From Tubulanus polymorphus (Eukaryota > Animalia > Nemertea): a stretch of 64,000 nucleotides of DNA. Shown here piece by piece: positions 1 through 12,585 of this stretch. Made by a program: the position numbers and the translations under genes. The DNA lies in contig NC_134031.1 in NCBI RefSeq assembly GCF_964204645.1, positions 1,674,001 through 1,738,000 on the forward strand, given 5' to 3'. The notes below the pieces were generated by a model. The model did not search any database. It was not told where the DNA came from and saw only the letters and a program-made list of their open reading frames with translations. Numbering within the stretch: position 1 is the stretch's first letter; every line of letters begins with the position of its first letter.

Positions 1-800
1 GTACTCCAAGCTCCATTGGAGAGAACAATATCAACAAAGTGAAAAATCCCCAAATCTTTGCCGAAATTACATATGAGTAATTGCTTAAACCTTATCTCGC
101 AACAAACATTTTAAAAAAAATCAAATACTAAAAGCTGTCGATCATTGTGAATGAGAGATATCTTTTCCTGTATTGGTTAAGAAAGAGTTTCGTACTCGTC
201 GGGACAATTAATTAGGAAAGTTATTGTCAGGTTTCGTGAATCAACACAATGGCGCATTCTTTCGCAAGGGGAAACGTGCATAAATTGAAAGTATATACGT
301 GTCAAATAATAGAAGTAGAATGTACATTGAGCTTGTCAGCAGGTGACTTTTCTCTCTAAACATAGCAAGCAATCATAACGACGACGGTATATAGTGTTCG
401 TTTGCTGAACGACCTAAGTGGGAATTGAAATTCAAAACCAACAGTTCATCTGAAATACGGCTTCATGACAATTAATCAAATCAGTGTCATGTATACTTGG
501 CCTCTTTGCTTCGTCCGACTTGCGTGTGATTCTATATCAATTACAACTAAGTCATCTGAAAAATATTTCTGGACTCTTTTCTGGAAAAGTTTCCAGAAAA
601 TGGCCTTGATGGCCTCAAAACGATAAAAATGAGGCTAAATTAAGTTTAGAAAATGATTTTCATTATAATACAGCTATATTTAAACACTCCTTTGAGACAA
701 AAATAACACACATAATTCTATCACAGACTGAGTATTTTAACGGTTCAGTTCAGTACACGCGAAATGACCTCGGATCCTATAAGTATGAAATCAGTTATTG

Positions 801-2869
801 TCACCACATAATCCACTTTCCCGGTTGTAACATATTTGACTTTTCGGCATTCTCGACTTTCAGTTCAAACGCCCGTTCCGACTGCGGAATTACTGGGATT
901 TTTAAGAACAAACAAACAACGTTATGAAGATCCCCTGAAAAAAAAGCGAAGATTTACATAAAGATTCTAAAAGATGTTGAAGAATCCTATGTTTCCATAC
1001 GGGAAATGCCTAGCGTACCTTTTTTGATGGTAAACGCCTCATGCCACGATCGCTTCTCCGTATCGTAAAATTCAACGTGGCGTATATCATCGTTTGTTCC
1101 GAGACACGAACCTCCGAACACGTAAATGCGGTGCCCTAAAAACAGGAGGCATCGTTAATCAAATCATTCCAAAAGCCAAAATTACCAATAGAATGGAATA
1201 AAGTAACGAATACCTAGAGCTATAGCGCCTGCTGAATGCCGTGCATGTTTCATCGGTAAGATACCCTCGTTAAATTCCCACGGACTGATGATATCCGCCT
1301 GTAGGGGGCGCTCTTCATCGTCGTCGTCTGACGGCGGTTGTCCGTCTCTGTCTTTAGGCTCGTCGGGTAGCGCAGGCGGAGGTCTCGTTTTATCCAGCAC
1401 CTCCCTCAGAGGCACGTATGGTTGAAATGATTGTATCGTATCCAGCGATATGCATTCCTTCCTACCGTCCTGATAATACTTGTAACGTATACCTTTTCAT
1501 TGAAATACAATCGTGAGAATAAACTAGAGAAATGTGCAACGGCAAAGATTGATAGAGGAATAACAATCAACCGTAACTTCAATCATTTCATAGAATTTGA
1601 AATTAAAATCGCTGAAAGTTACTGGAATTGCACTCAATTAACTGAAAGAAATATTAACAAATGAAATGCAGATATTCATTTACCTCCAATGAAATAGAGT
1701 CGTCTTTTTACGGTGACCATACAGTGTTTGTAGATAGGTTTATTCAGATATTGAGGGTAGTCTTCGTCTAAATCTTGCCACGTTACGCGCGCCAATTTAT
1801 CAAATATCCTGTGTATATAAAAAGCATCAAAATGTACACGACGATGTTTAGATTGTAGGCCTAATACAAAGACTGAAAATATAGGCTTGAAATGATAAAT
1901 ACATATTTCAATGAATGGTTGATGTATCACTAACCATATATTATCTTCTGGTTGATCGTTACATTTTCCGCCGGAAGTGTACAAGGCGCCGTTGATGACG
2001 GCTGCTGCGTGATTGTGCCTCGGTTCCGGTAACATTCCCGTTCTCAACCACGTGTCCGTCTTGGGTACGTATATTTCTGCGGCGGCTGTACTTTTACCGG
2101 GGATTTTTTCACCACCTTTGAAAAAGAGGTTGAGCTTTAGGATAGAAACGTTATACATGTACAAGAAATTGTTGATAATCGTACTCCTGGTCAAGAGTTT
2201 GGGTATCAAATTTATCCATTTTTGGGTTGGCTAATGCCATAGAGCCAAACTGTGGAAAAATGCTTCTTAGCGATATCATCATTGCAATACTCTTATAAGT
2301 TCTGGTATTCGATATCGGTAATTCATGATTAATCACTGGTAATAAAAGCCGACTATTGATACGCATCGCAGATCCGTAATCGATTGATTGATTCGGTTTT
2401 CATGTTAATCGTATTTCCCCGGGAAGGAGGTCGTCAACGCACCTGACACAACTATAGTATCCTGTACTGCCGCGGCTGAAAACTTCGACCGTGAATTCAA
2501 CATCGGGGCGCGTATATCCCACGAGTCCAGTTCTGGATTGTAACTGAAATAGATTCAAGAAATCTCTGGATCAAATCAACTGGTAATTGTCGTCTTGATG
2601 CTACGTCGATATGCTTACCAGATAACCCGGTTCAAGTGTTCCTTTCCGATGTTGTCGTACCCGCCCAATATATAAAGACAATTGTCCAAGACGACAGCTT
2701 CGAAATCGGTGATATTTTTTATCTTCTCCCAAATCTGTCGTTTGGTGATGCGATGGTCGAGTATGGTGGTTCTCATGGCGCTGACTTTCATCGAGAACAC
2801 CTCACCGGTTCCGTACCGATTGAGAATGAACAGTCGGTGTTCGTAACGTCCCGGCCCTTCTCCGTTCAT
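801..2869 (-). CDS. Kelch-repeat (beta-propeller) protein without BTB/BACK domain, about 6 exons
   Basis: Spliced translation gives repeated kelch motifs: LYILGGYD..YNPELDSW..APMLNSRSKFSAAAV; GGEK..IYVPKTDTW..MLPEPRHNHAAAVINGALYTSGG; KHCMVTVKRRLYFIGG; PMKHARHSAGAIALGHRIYVFGG..FYDTEKRSW. ATG 2869 is the first in-frame Met after an upstream stop; last exon ends ..GKWIMW-TGA at 801-803. Confidence 0.85.
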
Positions 2870-3430
2870 ATTTCTGCCACCTCTGAGATATTCACCGAGT
2901 CTGCGAATCTAAGATACTCATAATATTTCGAAACCTAAAAAGAAAACATAATTCATGAATGCGGTAACAATAATTTCTGTTACTTTTGAATAGGTTGTCA
3001 TAAACAACTATCTTCAAAAGATTATTGCCTCCTCATTGATGCCCACTTTTGAGTTCCCAATGTCAAAAGATACCCCCAAGAATATTGTCCGTTTTAAACT
3101 AACGTGTATCCATGTCCAAGCTGAATTTCTTGCATATCTAAGTTTCACTCTTCGCAGCAATGAATATGAAAAGTTGCAGTATGAATTGACAGCGTTGGAT
3201 ATTGTCTCGCATGATACAATACCCGTTACTGCGTTGATACATTCGTTTATTATGATTCCAGTTCTCGGAACTAACGCTACATTGTTCACTTTAGTGCTTT
3301 TCAATTATTCATCTCAACTAACACGAGTCGATAACTGCAATAAGCACGCTTTATGAAATACCGAACTCCACACCGTATCAGTAGTAAAGAGACAAAATCG
3401 ACTTCTTAATTTGCAGCAACACGAACGCAA

Positions 3431-3446
3431 ACTTCCGCTTCCGGTT
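3431..3446. promoter_or_regulatory. Tandem ETS/GABP-like CCGGAAG/GCGGAAG motifs, probable promoter of the kelch gene
   Basis: acttccgcttccggtt in the divergent intergenic region upstream of the kelch gene. Confidence 0.35.
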
Positions 3447-4713
3447 ATGAAGTAAAATGGGTATATGTTCCATAAGATTAACGAAAACTAACTTTTATGC
3501 GGGGAAGTCACATTTTGAAGAAAAGAGCGATTTTGTAGAAACGTTTGTCATCTTTCATTTTTTCAGATTTCTGCACTTGCGACATGGTTAGTCGAACAGA
3601 CCAGTCGAACACAAATAATGATAAAAATCACCATAAATCAATAAAAATCAATCAATCAACATGAGTAAACCATGATATAGATATCGATAACGTACCTTCA
3701 GCTCAATGGCAGGCCATGTTCCTCTAGGCCCAGTTTTATATCATTTATATAGCGAAGGTGAACTAGAAAACAAACGTGTTGCTTTTATACAGCTCTGTGA
3801 CATTCTTCAGTGCTGGGTCTGGTTTGTATGTAGCGACTATAACGCGTTCAATGCACACGATCATGACGCGACGCACAGAACTCTAACTGTAGTTTGGAGA
3901 AAGTAAATAATATTTTACGTTCAATCATTCGAAATCTTATCAATCATATTTATATTGCATGTATATATTCAAGGCCCGAATACGCTGATTTAGGTCAAGG
4001 AAACTTCGTCAATGTGAAGTGAAACAAATTAGGCCCACACCTCTCAAACCTTGATCAAGTCGGGTTCATTTCAACTCATTCTGAGTTATTCGGGAATAAT
4101 AGATAGTAGACAGCCATATTTTCCAGCATTTACTAAAACTCGAATATAATCCAAGTCGAAAAAAATTACTGTTCAAATATTATTCTTTATTAACATCTGC
4201 GAAATATGAAACGATGACAGTTTAAATAAGACAGATACAAACACGATGAGTTAGACAGCAATGAAATCTATATTTGAAGTTCTGACGAATGTAAACTAAT
4301 TAATTATCTTTAAAAACCAGCTGTGTAAAATGACTGTTGAATTTCGTTCAATTCTATGATGATCATCAGTCATTTTCTGTTGAGCAAAACACAGAGCAAG
4401 ACGGTAAGGGAATATGTTGTAACTATACCACTGGGGTCACAATTGGGCACTAAACTTGATAAGGGGGTCAAAATGAATTCATATCAAACTCTATCAAACT
4501 AAGCTGCATAATGCCGAATATATGCGCCTTAATAAGGTTTAGTGCCACGATTGGCTATTTTTGGCGCCGAGACGGTAACAGAGAAACCCACGCCTGTTTT
4601 AGAAAGAAAAAAAATGCATTGGTTTTAGAGAAGAGATTATTTACGATTACCTAGTTTGGGTCATTAGTTACTCTATCATCACATTTCTCTATTCCATTGA
4701 TTCTGTTTAGAAG

Positions 4714-6871
4714 ATGGGTTCCTTGTCGCTGTTATCAACAGTAATCGTGGTTAGCATATCATGTACAGTCGATGCTTATGTAAACAATTTTAAAGAAGAC
4801 TTTGATTTTTCGTGTCCGGATGGCGAGCACGTCAGTTGGGTCGAAAGTTACCACGATAACTATCATGAAGATCGAAGATGGAATTTTAAATGCCTTAATG
4901 CTGGATATGTCGGGAATGAATGCTGGCTTAGTGACTACGTTAATGATTGGGACGGAGATATGGACTTTAAATGCGCTGATAATGGAATCGTCACCGGCTT
5001 CTGGAGTAAATTCGATTCGCACCGCAATGACAGACGATGGAAAATTAGATGTTGTAAGGTATGTCGCACAGCCCCCTGAAAGCAAGTTCCATTTGTAATT
5101 TCAAAAGCTTCCCAAAGGCGGATCTAGGAACTTAGGGAGGCTTGGGTCCAGGAGAAAAGAACATGCATTTTTCAGATAATGCAGCCCATGTCAGGTTACT
5201 AGCGGGAACCCACTTTCGGTATAAGATATTCCCTTTAAGCAACATATCGGAAAATACGCAATTTCGGAAACGATTAGCGTAGAATTTTCAGGTTTCAGCA
5301 AACTTTGTCATCCCAATGAGGCAACCTCATTGGGATGGCAGGGGTCTGGACCCCGGAGACCACCCCGTAAATCTACCCCTGATTCCAGTCACTACCATTT
5401 TGTGAAGGCTGTGGATGTCCAATTTCGTATTTGCCGTAGGTAGTATCAGTTTCATCTGTCTAACCAGAGACTCCATCCGTCTGACCATATCACCATAGAA
5501 CTAACGGGGTAAACGAAAGTATGTTACAAGAGACAAAAATAGTCTCCATCGAGGTCGTGATCTAGTAATTCCCTTTAGGAATTACATACCATGGTCTTAA
5601 CATGTCAAATTCAAACAAATAAGGAATGATCAGAATGCAGGCTTTCCTTTCATGTCACATCCGGCTCAATATGAATCAATAATTCATCGCTTACAGATAA
5701 TAACAGTAAATGGTACACAATGTTCGACGACACCTGATAATATCAATGAATACGACAATCCTTTAGACTGGAACGTACCGGTTGGACAAGCTATACGTGG
5801 ATTCTGGAGTCACCATAAAAACAGAAAGGAGTAAGATCAGAAACTTGATAAATCAATTTCAGTAGAACTTGGTCATTTTGTGCTGGTGAACACTGTACAT
5901 ATAATCAGGGATCTAGGAAAATTGCCGAAGGCGGCATCCAGAAGAATTGAGGTATATTTCTCGGCCAGGGTCCCAGGTCCCACGGTCGCGGTTATTTCTG
6001 AAGAGATACATCCTAAAAAAGTAGAATTCCGAAATGGGCAGAGTCTTGAAACGGGCAACCTCTTTAGGAAGGCAGGGGTCTAGACCCAGAGACCACCACC
6101 CCCTAAACCCGTCCCTATAAAATATGTTAACGTATTTTGTGTTTTTTTTAAATCAGGGATCGAATTTGGAAAGTGCATGTTTGTTCGTATGAAACGTGTG
6201 TAGCTAAGCGAATGAAAATTCTAGACAAGTTAAAGATGAGTCTCGTCGGAACGCGTGTGATGGGTCTTACGTCATCCCATAGTTGTAATAACGGTACGCT
6301 GAACAGGTTGACGATGGGTTCTACAACTACTGTTACTGACACGTTCGGGATCACCATCACTAGAGGGAAAACATGGTCACTCATAGGTTCGAACCATCTA
6401 TCGATCTCAACGGATGCTGGATTTTTAGGAACCGGGGGTGGAGTGACGATGTCCGCAGCGATGTCGATGGGAACCGCAAATACGGCTACATATTCCAATA
6501 CCAATACGAGAGCGATCAGTTTCGCTTCTAAGACGGGAGGCTGGAATGAATTCCGCGGTCCGGGAGCGACGTTGATGTTCGGTAAAATCGGGGAACACGC
6601 TCTGGAAGCCGACTCGGTCAGAGCCGAAATAAATATTGAATGTTCAAATGGTAAAACATTCACCGAAATACAACGCGTTCCCATCAAACAGAAAATCTTC
6701 ACGTCTGGTAACATCGTAACCCTTTACGGGTATTTCACACAGGGAAAGTGTTCCTTTCAAACAGACGAATGTATCGCTAATATAGGCGGTGATAATATGA
6801 TTCAACCTCAAATGATTATCAATCAATTTCATGAATGTTTCAAAGGAATCGGCACATCTCGGATGAAGTAG
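4714..6871 (+). CDS. Secreted protein: signal peptide + three dermatopontin/hemagglutinin-amebocyte aggregation factor (HAAF) repeats + C-terminal aerolysin/ETX-MTX2-like domain (about 397 aa)
   Basis: Exons 4714-5058, 5697-5830, 6157-6871 join in frame with GT-AG sites. Signal peptide MGSLSLLSTVIVVSISCTVDA; three repeats ending S-x-H-x-N-x-x-E/N-D-R-x-W (SYHDNYHEDRRW, SKFDSHRNDRRW, SHHKNRKEDRIW) typical of dermatopontin/HAAF; then about 230 aa Ser/Thr-rich beta-strand domain. Confidence 0.85.
5114..5381. mobile_element. Non-autonomous TIR element (GGCGGATCTAG...TAAATCYRCCC family), intron 1 of lectin gene
   Basis: Starts aaggcggatctagg, ends ccccgtaaatctacccctg; related copies near 5906-6116, 26829-26983 and 61970-62229. 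Confidence 0.55.
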
Positions 6872-7092
6872 GAGCCACTGCCACTCGAGATGGTCGTCTC
6901 ATTCACTGAATACATGTACGTCCATTCTATTCCACCATTATAAATATATCACAATTATGTGTTTTTGAAACGTTTCTTTATTTAAGAATTAACAAGAAAT
7001 AATTACAGAACTACATGTATTATTAGACTATAAACGATACAAGATACAACGTAATAGAAATATCTATAGGAACTAATTTCATCTTTATCTTC

Positions 7093-9065
7093 TCAATTTT
7101 TATTCACATCGAAAGAATTCATGACTCTTCGATAGCGCGATTTCACAGATTCAATTTCTTTTTTCATCTGGAGAATTTTCCTGCTGTAATTCATACAAAA
7201 ATGGACAAATTCATAGAACATTTGCTCAAAACCTTCGAAAAACATGTGAAATAAAACTAAGTGGTTAATGAATATTGCCTCTATCAGTCTTACTTCAATT
7301 TGATGATTTCCGCAGTTGATAATTTCACTATTTGAGAACCACGTGTATCTTCAAACCATAGATTACCCCCAACACCGGTACAACAGTCTGAGACACCGGG
7401 CTGTGAATCACTAAGGATAGAGAGAAACACATCGAATGTTTATAGTCAGAGAGCCCAGCTATGATTCAATTCCACTTTTGAGTATAAAAGGTTTGAGGGT
7501 AAATAATTGTAGTCCTAGGCGGGCCATCAAAGAAAAATGCATTCTTGCTTTTTCGGTTGTGGCATTAAGGGGCCCTGGACCCTCAAAAACCCCAAATATT
7601 CCCTGTCAATTCCACTTTTGAGTATGAAGTATTATGAATTATTTACAAATAGAATTCACCACAAGATGCGGTCGTCAGGATACTAACGTTGGTATCATTG
7701 CGCTAGTGTCGACATGAGCTAATTGAGAATCAGAAACTTCGAGAAATGCATCCAAATTACAAACATCACTGACTGAACTAATCACTGGTTTAGTAGTTGT
7801 GACGTCACCAGTCTTCATTCGCGCGCAGATCATGCTGCCATCGTTCCGTGACTTCACGATCGGAGGTAACGTCAGGGTTGGTGGTTGAGTGGCGTTGGTC
7901 GTGGCGGTATTTTTGGCGTCTGGGCAACAATCCGCAATCATCGCGGCAGTGACGTCACTGTCTCGGGTTGTGTCAGATGTATCAGCAGCTGATGGGAGCT
8001 GCACGGTATCTGTGGTAGTCGTTGCTGGTGCTGCAATGACGTCACCGATTTCTTCCAGCTTATTTTCAAGTTCGCCTTTCTGAGAACTCACAACTGAAGG
8101 TTTATCGACGTCGCTGTCATCGCCCGGGTGATGTTTAGTATCTGGCTCCTCTGTAACTACTTGCACTGATGAGGAATGAGGGCCATTCTGCCGCTCAGCC
8201 TCTGCTAGTTCGACACTTGCTGCTGGAACATTTCTGCATGTTTTATCAGATATTTTGGATTCAAAACAATTTTCTTCTTTCAGGTTTATATTTGGGGTCG
8301 CATGATCAGATTCACTGCTGTTAGAAAGAAAAAACTCATTCAACAACATCTTAGAAAATTGGAACCATCGATTAAATGGAAAAAATTTAGTTTACCATTC
8401 CTTCGGGTATTTGTGGCATTTCTGATTATCCTCAAACTCCACGGCAATACGTTTCACAACGTCTACGAAAAAGTAAAAGTGTACCGGTAGTAAAGAGTAA
8501 AGTAGGGGCCTCATTAATAATAAGGTTTAGTTGAAAACAAAAAGAAGAGGCAGTACATAGTCTTCTATAAATACGAGGCTCGAGTAGAACGATAGGCAAG
8601 CCATTTCAAATTTCGCGTGGCGTGACAGGCCACAAGTCAGCCAATCATCGACCGGCTTAACGGTTAACTTGGTGGCAAAATGCGGGTCCCCTCCTGGCAG
8701 AATTTCTGAGAACTAATGCTAACACAGCTCTAGCGCTGCAGATAGAAATCGATGCCCTGCACGTACTAACATTTATTTTCTTACAGTGCTGGGCTCAGAT
8801 TTAATAATATTTGACTTCCCAAAAAGTGTTTAACAGTCTAGAGCCATAATAGCCCGTTCGCTGAAATTTCGCTTGGTGACCGGACGGAGCTGCCACTAAA
8901 TACTACGCTGGCAAGTGAGTAAGTATTGGTTTATGATATTAGCCCCTGGCAAGCGATCAAAGTAGCAACAAATGCTTTAGGTAGAATTACGGTGATACTA
9001 TATTTTACAATTGGACTTTAATTACGCAAATCCTCACTTTTTGTCTTTGATCTTCGTTTTGGCAT
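7093..9065 (-). CDS. Intrinsically disordered acidic protein with C-terminal coiled helix, tentatively BRME1 (C19orf57/MEIOK21)-like
   Basis: Exons approx 9026-9065 (MPKRRSKTKSEDL; first donor ambiguous), 8396-8462, 7688-8317, 7294-7410, 7093-7182 join in frame; low-complexity S/T/D/E centre; C-terminus LWFEDTRGSQIVKLSTAEIIKLNRKILQMKKEIESVKSRYRRVMNSFDVNKN-stop. Confidence 0.65.
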
Positions 9066-9183
9066 GATTTTGTTTAGTGAAGCGTGAAAACCTCTAATTA
9101 AGCCGGTGATGGAGACACTTTGATCTCAAGGCCGTTGCCCATTGGCAGTCCAAAATCAATACAATTCCAATCAATCTTTGATA

Positions 9184-10333
9184 ATGTCGCGAATACCAAA
9201 TTTTTTACGAATTGTCTCACGAAAAGGTTTTATTAGACACGATCGACATCTTTCAACAACATCAAAAGTGCTCAGCATTCAAAAACTCCAAGGATTCACT
9301 GACATTGACAATGATAATACCCGAGGACGTCGTCATCCGTCGTGGTGTGATATTCGTCAAAAAAGTTTTCTACTATCCACAGAACGTCAGTTTACGACCT
9401 CGAGTCGGATTCTGTTAGCTAAAGACTCGTTTCCCAAACAGATACAGAATGGAGAAAGTGGCAGTGGCGAGTGTCAAGATGAGGATGGCTCCAGCGGAGG
9501 CGTTCCTGACGAGCGACCACCCACGAATAATAAACAACAACTGGGAAAATTAGATAAACGTCTGTGTATCGTGTATACGTGTAAAATATGTCAAACGCGC
9601 AGCTCAAAAACATTCTCGAAAAAATCATACGAATCTGGAGTCGTTATCGTAAAGTGTCCGGGATGTGAAAATAAACATTTAATAGCTGACAATCTCGGCT
9701 GGTTTCAACACGTCGATGGAAAGTGAGTAGAAATAGCAGTGAATCTGAATCCATTTTTACAGTTATTGTTTCAGTGGACTTACTTAAGTCATCATCGTAT
9801 CAGCCTGTTACATTACAGTGGAACCTCATTATAACAACCTCCGATATATGCGGTATTACAAACTTTGAATTTGGTCCCAAATCGGACAATTCTGATAATT
9901 TCATACTGGATATAACGAACCAACGGTTTTAATGAACAGACTTTGCGGTCTCCTGAAGTTCGTTGTAACAAGGTTCTACTGTACTAAAGTTTCAAGTCCA
10001 GTCGTCAACATATAGTCATAACTATGACGACTCAAGCAAGTTCCACTGTTGTAGATTGATTATGGAACTAAATTGGGCTCATTGATCTTGAATGAAATCC
10101 TTGACGGCAGAACTCGTCCCAGTGCCACAGAATGGCTTCAAATGTAGATAATAACTGAAAACATTCAGTTGGCATATGTGCGATTTGACCAATAGCCCTC
10201 CTGGTCAAATGATTGTCCTTATCATTACAGAAATATTGAAGAAATACTGCAGAAAAAAGGCGAAACCGTCAAGAAACTGGATGACCCTGATGGAGTACTC
10301 GAAATATTGAATAAAGTGGAAAATACCTCATAA
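9184..10333 (+). CDS. DNLZ: Mitochondrial DNL-type zinc finger protein (Hep1/Zim17, mtHsp70 escort)
   Basis: Arg-rich presequence; YTCKICQTRSSKTFSKKSYESGVVIVKCPGCENKHLIADNLGWF; exon 1 9184-9722, exon 2 10231-10333 (KNIEEILQKKGETV). Confidence 0.95.
9816..9981. mobile_element. Tc1/mariner (pogo/Tigger-like) MITE in DNLZ intron
   Basis: TA-CAGTGGAACCTCATTATAAC...GTTGTAACAAGGTTCTACTG-TA: imperfect TIRs flanked by TA. Confidence 0.75.
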
Positions 10334-11314
10334 AATAAACTCGAAACTTATTTTAAAATTTTCCGACGATTTCTTTTATTCTATTTGATTTATAATCATG
10401 TTTTAGACGACACTGTTGACGATCCTCCCCACAGGGGGCGCATCGGGGTTTATCGATTATCCTATTTACGAATCATGTGTACGTTACGAAATTTATGTTT
10501 TAAATCATCGTCATAAATACTAAAACATCACTAATCGATTATTTTATCATTTATTTACAAACAAAAATTCAAGTGATATCGGGTACTATTTCACTATATT
10601 ATACGCACAACAAGTTGACTTAAAAAAGAAAGAATTGAAAATAAAATTTGTTATTTGTGAGGAGAGGGTTCGGGTTCATGGTCGAAATCCCGGGAAACTG
10701 CCCGAGCGACACAACACCGTCTTCAACAGGCCAAATTCTACTATATATTACTTTGCATAGCTTTTCTTCGACCCAAATTACACGTCTGTTCCTCACACTC
10801 ATTCTTATCAGACCTACGTCACTACTAAATTAAATACTATTACCAGCTATTTTGTTTGCGTTGACCAGTATTAGGGAAATGCACAGAATTCAGCTCTAGC
10901 CCTAATGAGGTACAATAAAAGACTCAAAACTCGGTACCAGTCAAATGGGTAGACTGCACGAAGTGTAGATTTTACTAAAATCTATTCGTTAAAACGTTAA
11001 TTTCCCGCAATTCTCAGCTCAATCCGATCAACTTGGCGAGATATTGACAATCCCAATGCTACCGAGTTAGGGCAGAGTTAACAGCATTACTAATCATTAT
11101 GACCATAACAGAAATGGTAATTTAAACCCTCTCAACGCTGTAAACGTAAATGAACTGATATTTTAATTATATCACGGGGTTCGAGACTCTCGTAAGTACG
11201 GCCCGGTTTACGTCTTAAATTATTGAACCCCCGAAGTTACGACAAGTTGGTAGGAACCACTGCGTAGTAAGACAGCTTTCAGTGAATAAAGTACAATATT
11301 CTAAATATGGATCA

Positions 11315-12542
11315 TTATTTCTTCGTATTCAGTCCCGGCGTGAAATATTCGTCGGAATTCGGATATTTATCCGGACTGTAATCCGGATCAGTTTTCAGTC
11401 TATCGGTAATATCGCTCATTACTTGTTGCTCGTATGCTGTTTGTAGAGGATGATTTTCGGCGGCGTCTCGTTCGACCGATTCGATGCTCGTCAGCGGAGT
11501 CGACTGGGTTGCCGCGACCGCTCGTTTTATCGTTTCTGGTATCACAGTCGATAGGTTACCCGTGTTGGGCACTTGTGAATTTGACATCATCTGAAAACAA
11601 ACGTCGGAAAAATCGATGAATAACAGCAGCAGAACACGTGGGATTATAATGAGATACAGCAGCAGACAGATAAAATCTCTCAAGTCGGACAAATTGTGTC
11701 CTTAATGATCAGGGGCCGGTTGCTGAGTCATGACTTGGACTTAAAACAAACTTAGTTCTAAAGCCAATCTAACAACTCAAGACCAGTCTTAAGATTTAGG
11801 ACCACTTTTGGTATTAAGTCTTGACTAAGGAACTGGCCCCGGGGGCCGGTTGCAGTCATGGCTTCGAGTTAAGACCATTCTAAGATCAACTTAGTTCTAT
11901 AGCCAATATAACAAGTCAAGACCAGTCTTCAGATTTAAAATGATTTTTTGACTTAAGCCATAACTGTGCAACTGGCTCCTGATTACTGTGACTCAACACT
12001 GATACATACTTTCCTGCGTTTAGCCGGAACTCCCGCGATGTACGCATCACTGAAAGGTTGCTGTTGAGCTTGACGTCTCTGAGTTTGAATATCACGACTA
12101 ATAATCGGTACCCAATCCTACAGTTTTATAAAACAAATAGAAAATCATCGAATGTTTCATTAATTCATTTCAGAACTAAACTATTCCCTCGACGAGTCGT
12201 ACCTCGGGTAGCACTTGCTGCCATGATTCAGATGAATTTCCGTTGACTACTGTCGGAGTTTGAGCTGCTCCTTCCTCGCATTCGGTCATTTCAACCGACT
12301 ACAAAATAAAAACCATTGAACCGATTTCGTGATGTCATAGGTTTATTCACGGAGGCAGCCATATTTGATAACTATGACTAACCTGCGGTGTACATCTGTC
12401 CGTTTCCTGCAATGACTGACAAACCGGCGCTTCCCGAACCGACGATAAATCTTCAGCTACCGCGGCTGATTCTGTTGACATATGGGATGAACTCTCAGAT
12501 GGTCGTGGACTAGATTCCATACGTTGGGTTTGTCTGTAAGTG

Positions 12543-12585
<43 letters not shown>

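Noticed and set aside
3014-3356. Overlapping 96-106 aa ORFs upstream of the kelch gene
   Set aside because: No motif, no consistent splice path; probably intron/UTR.
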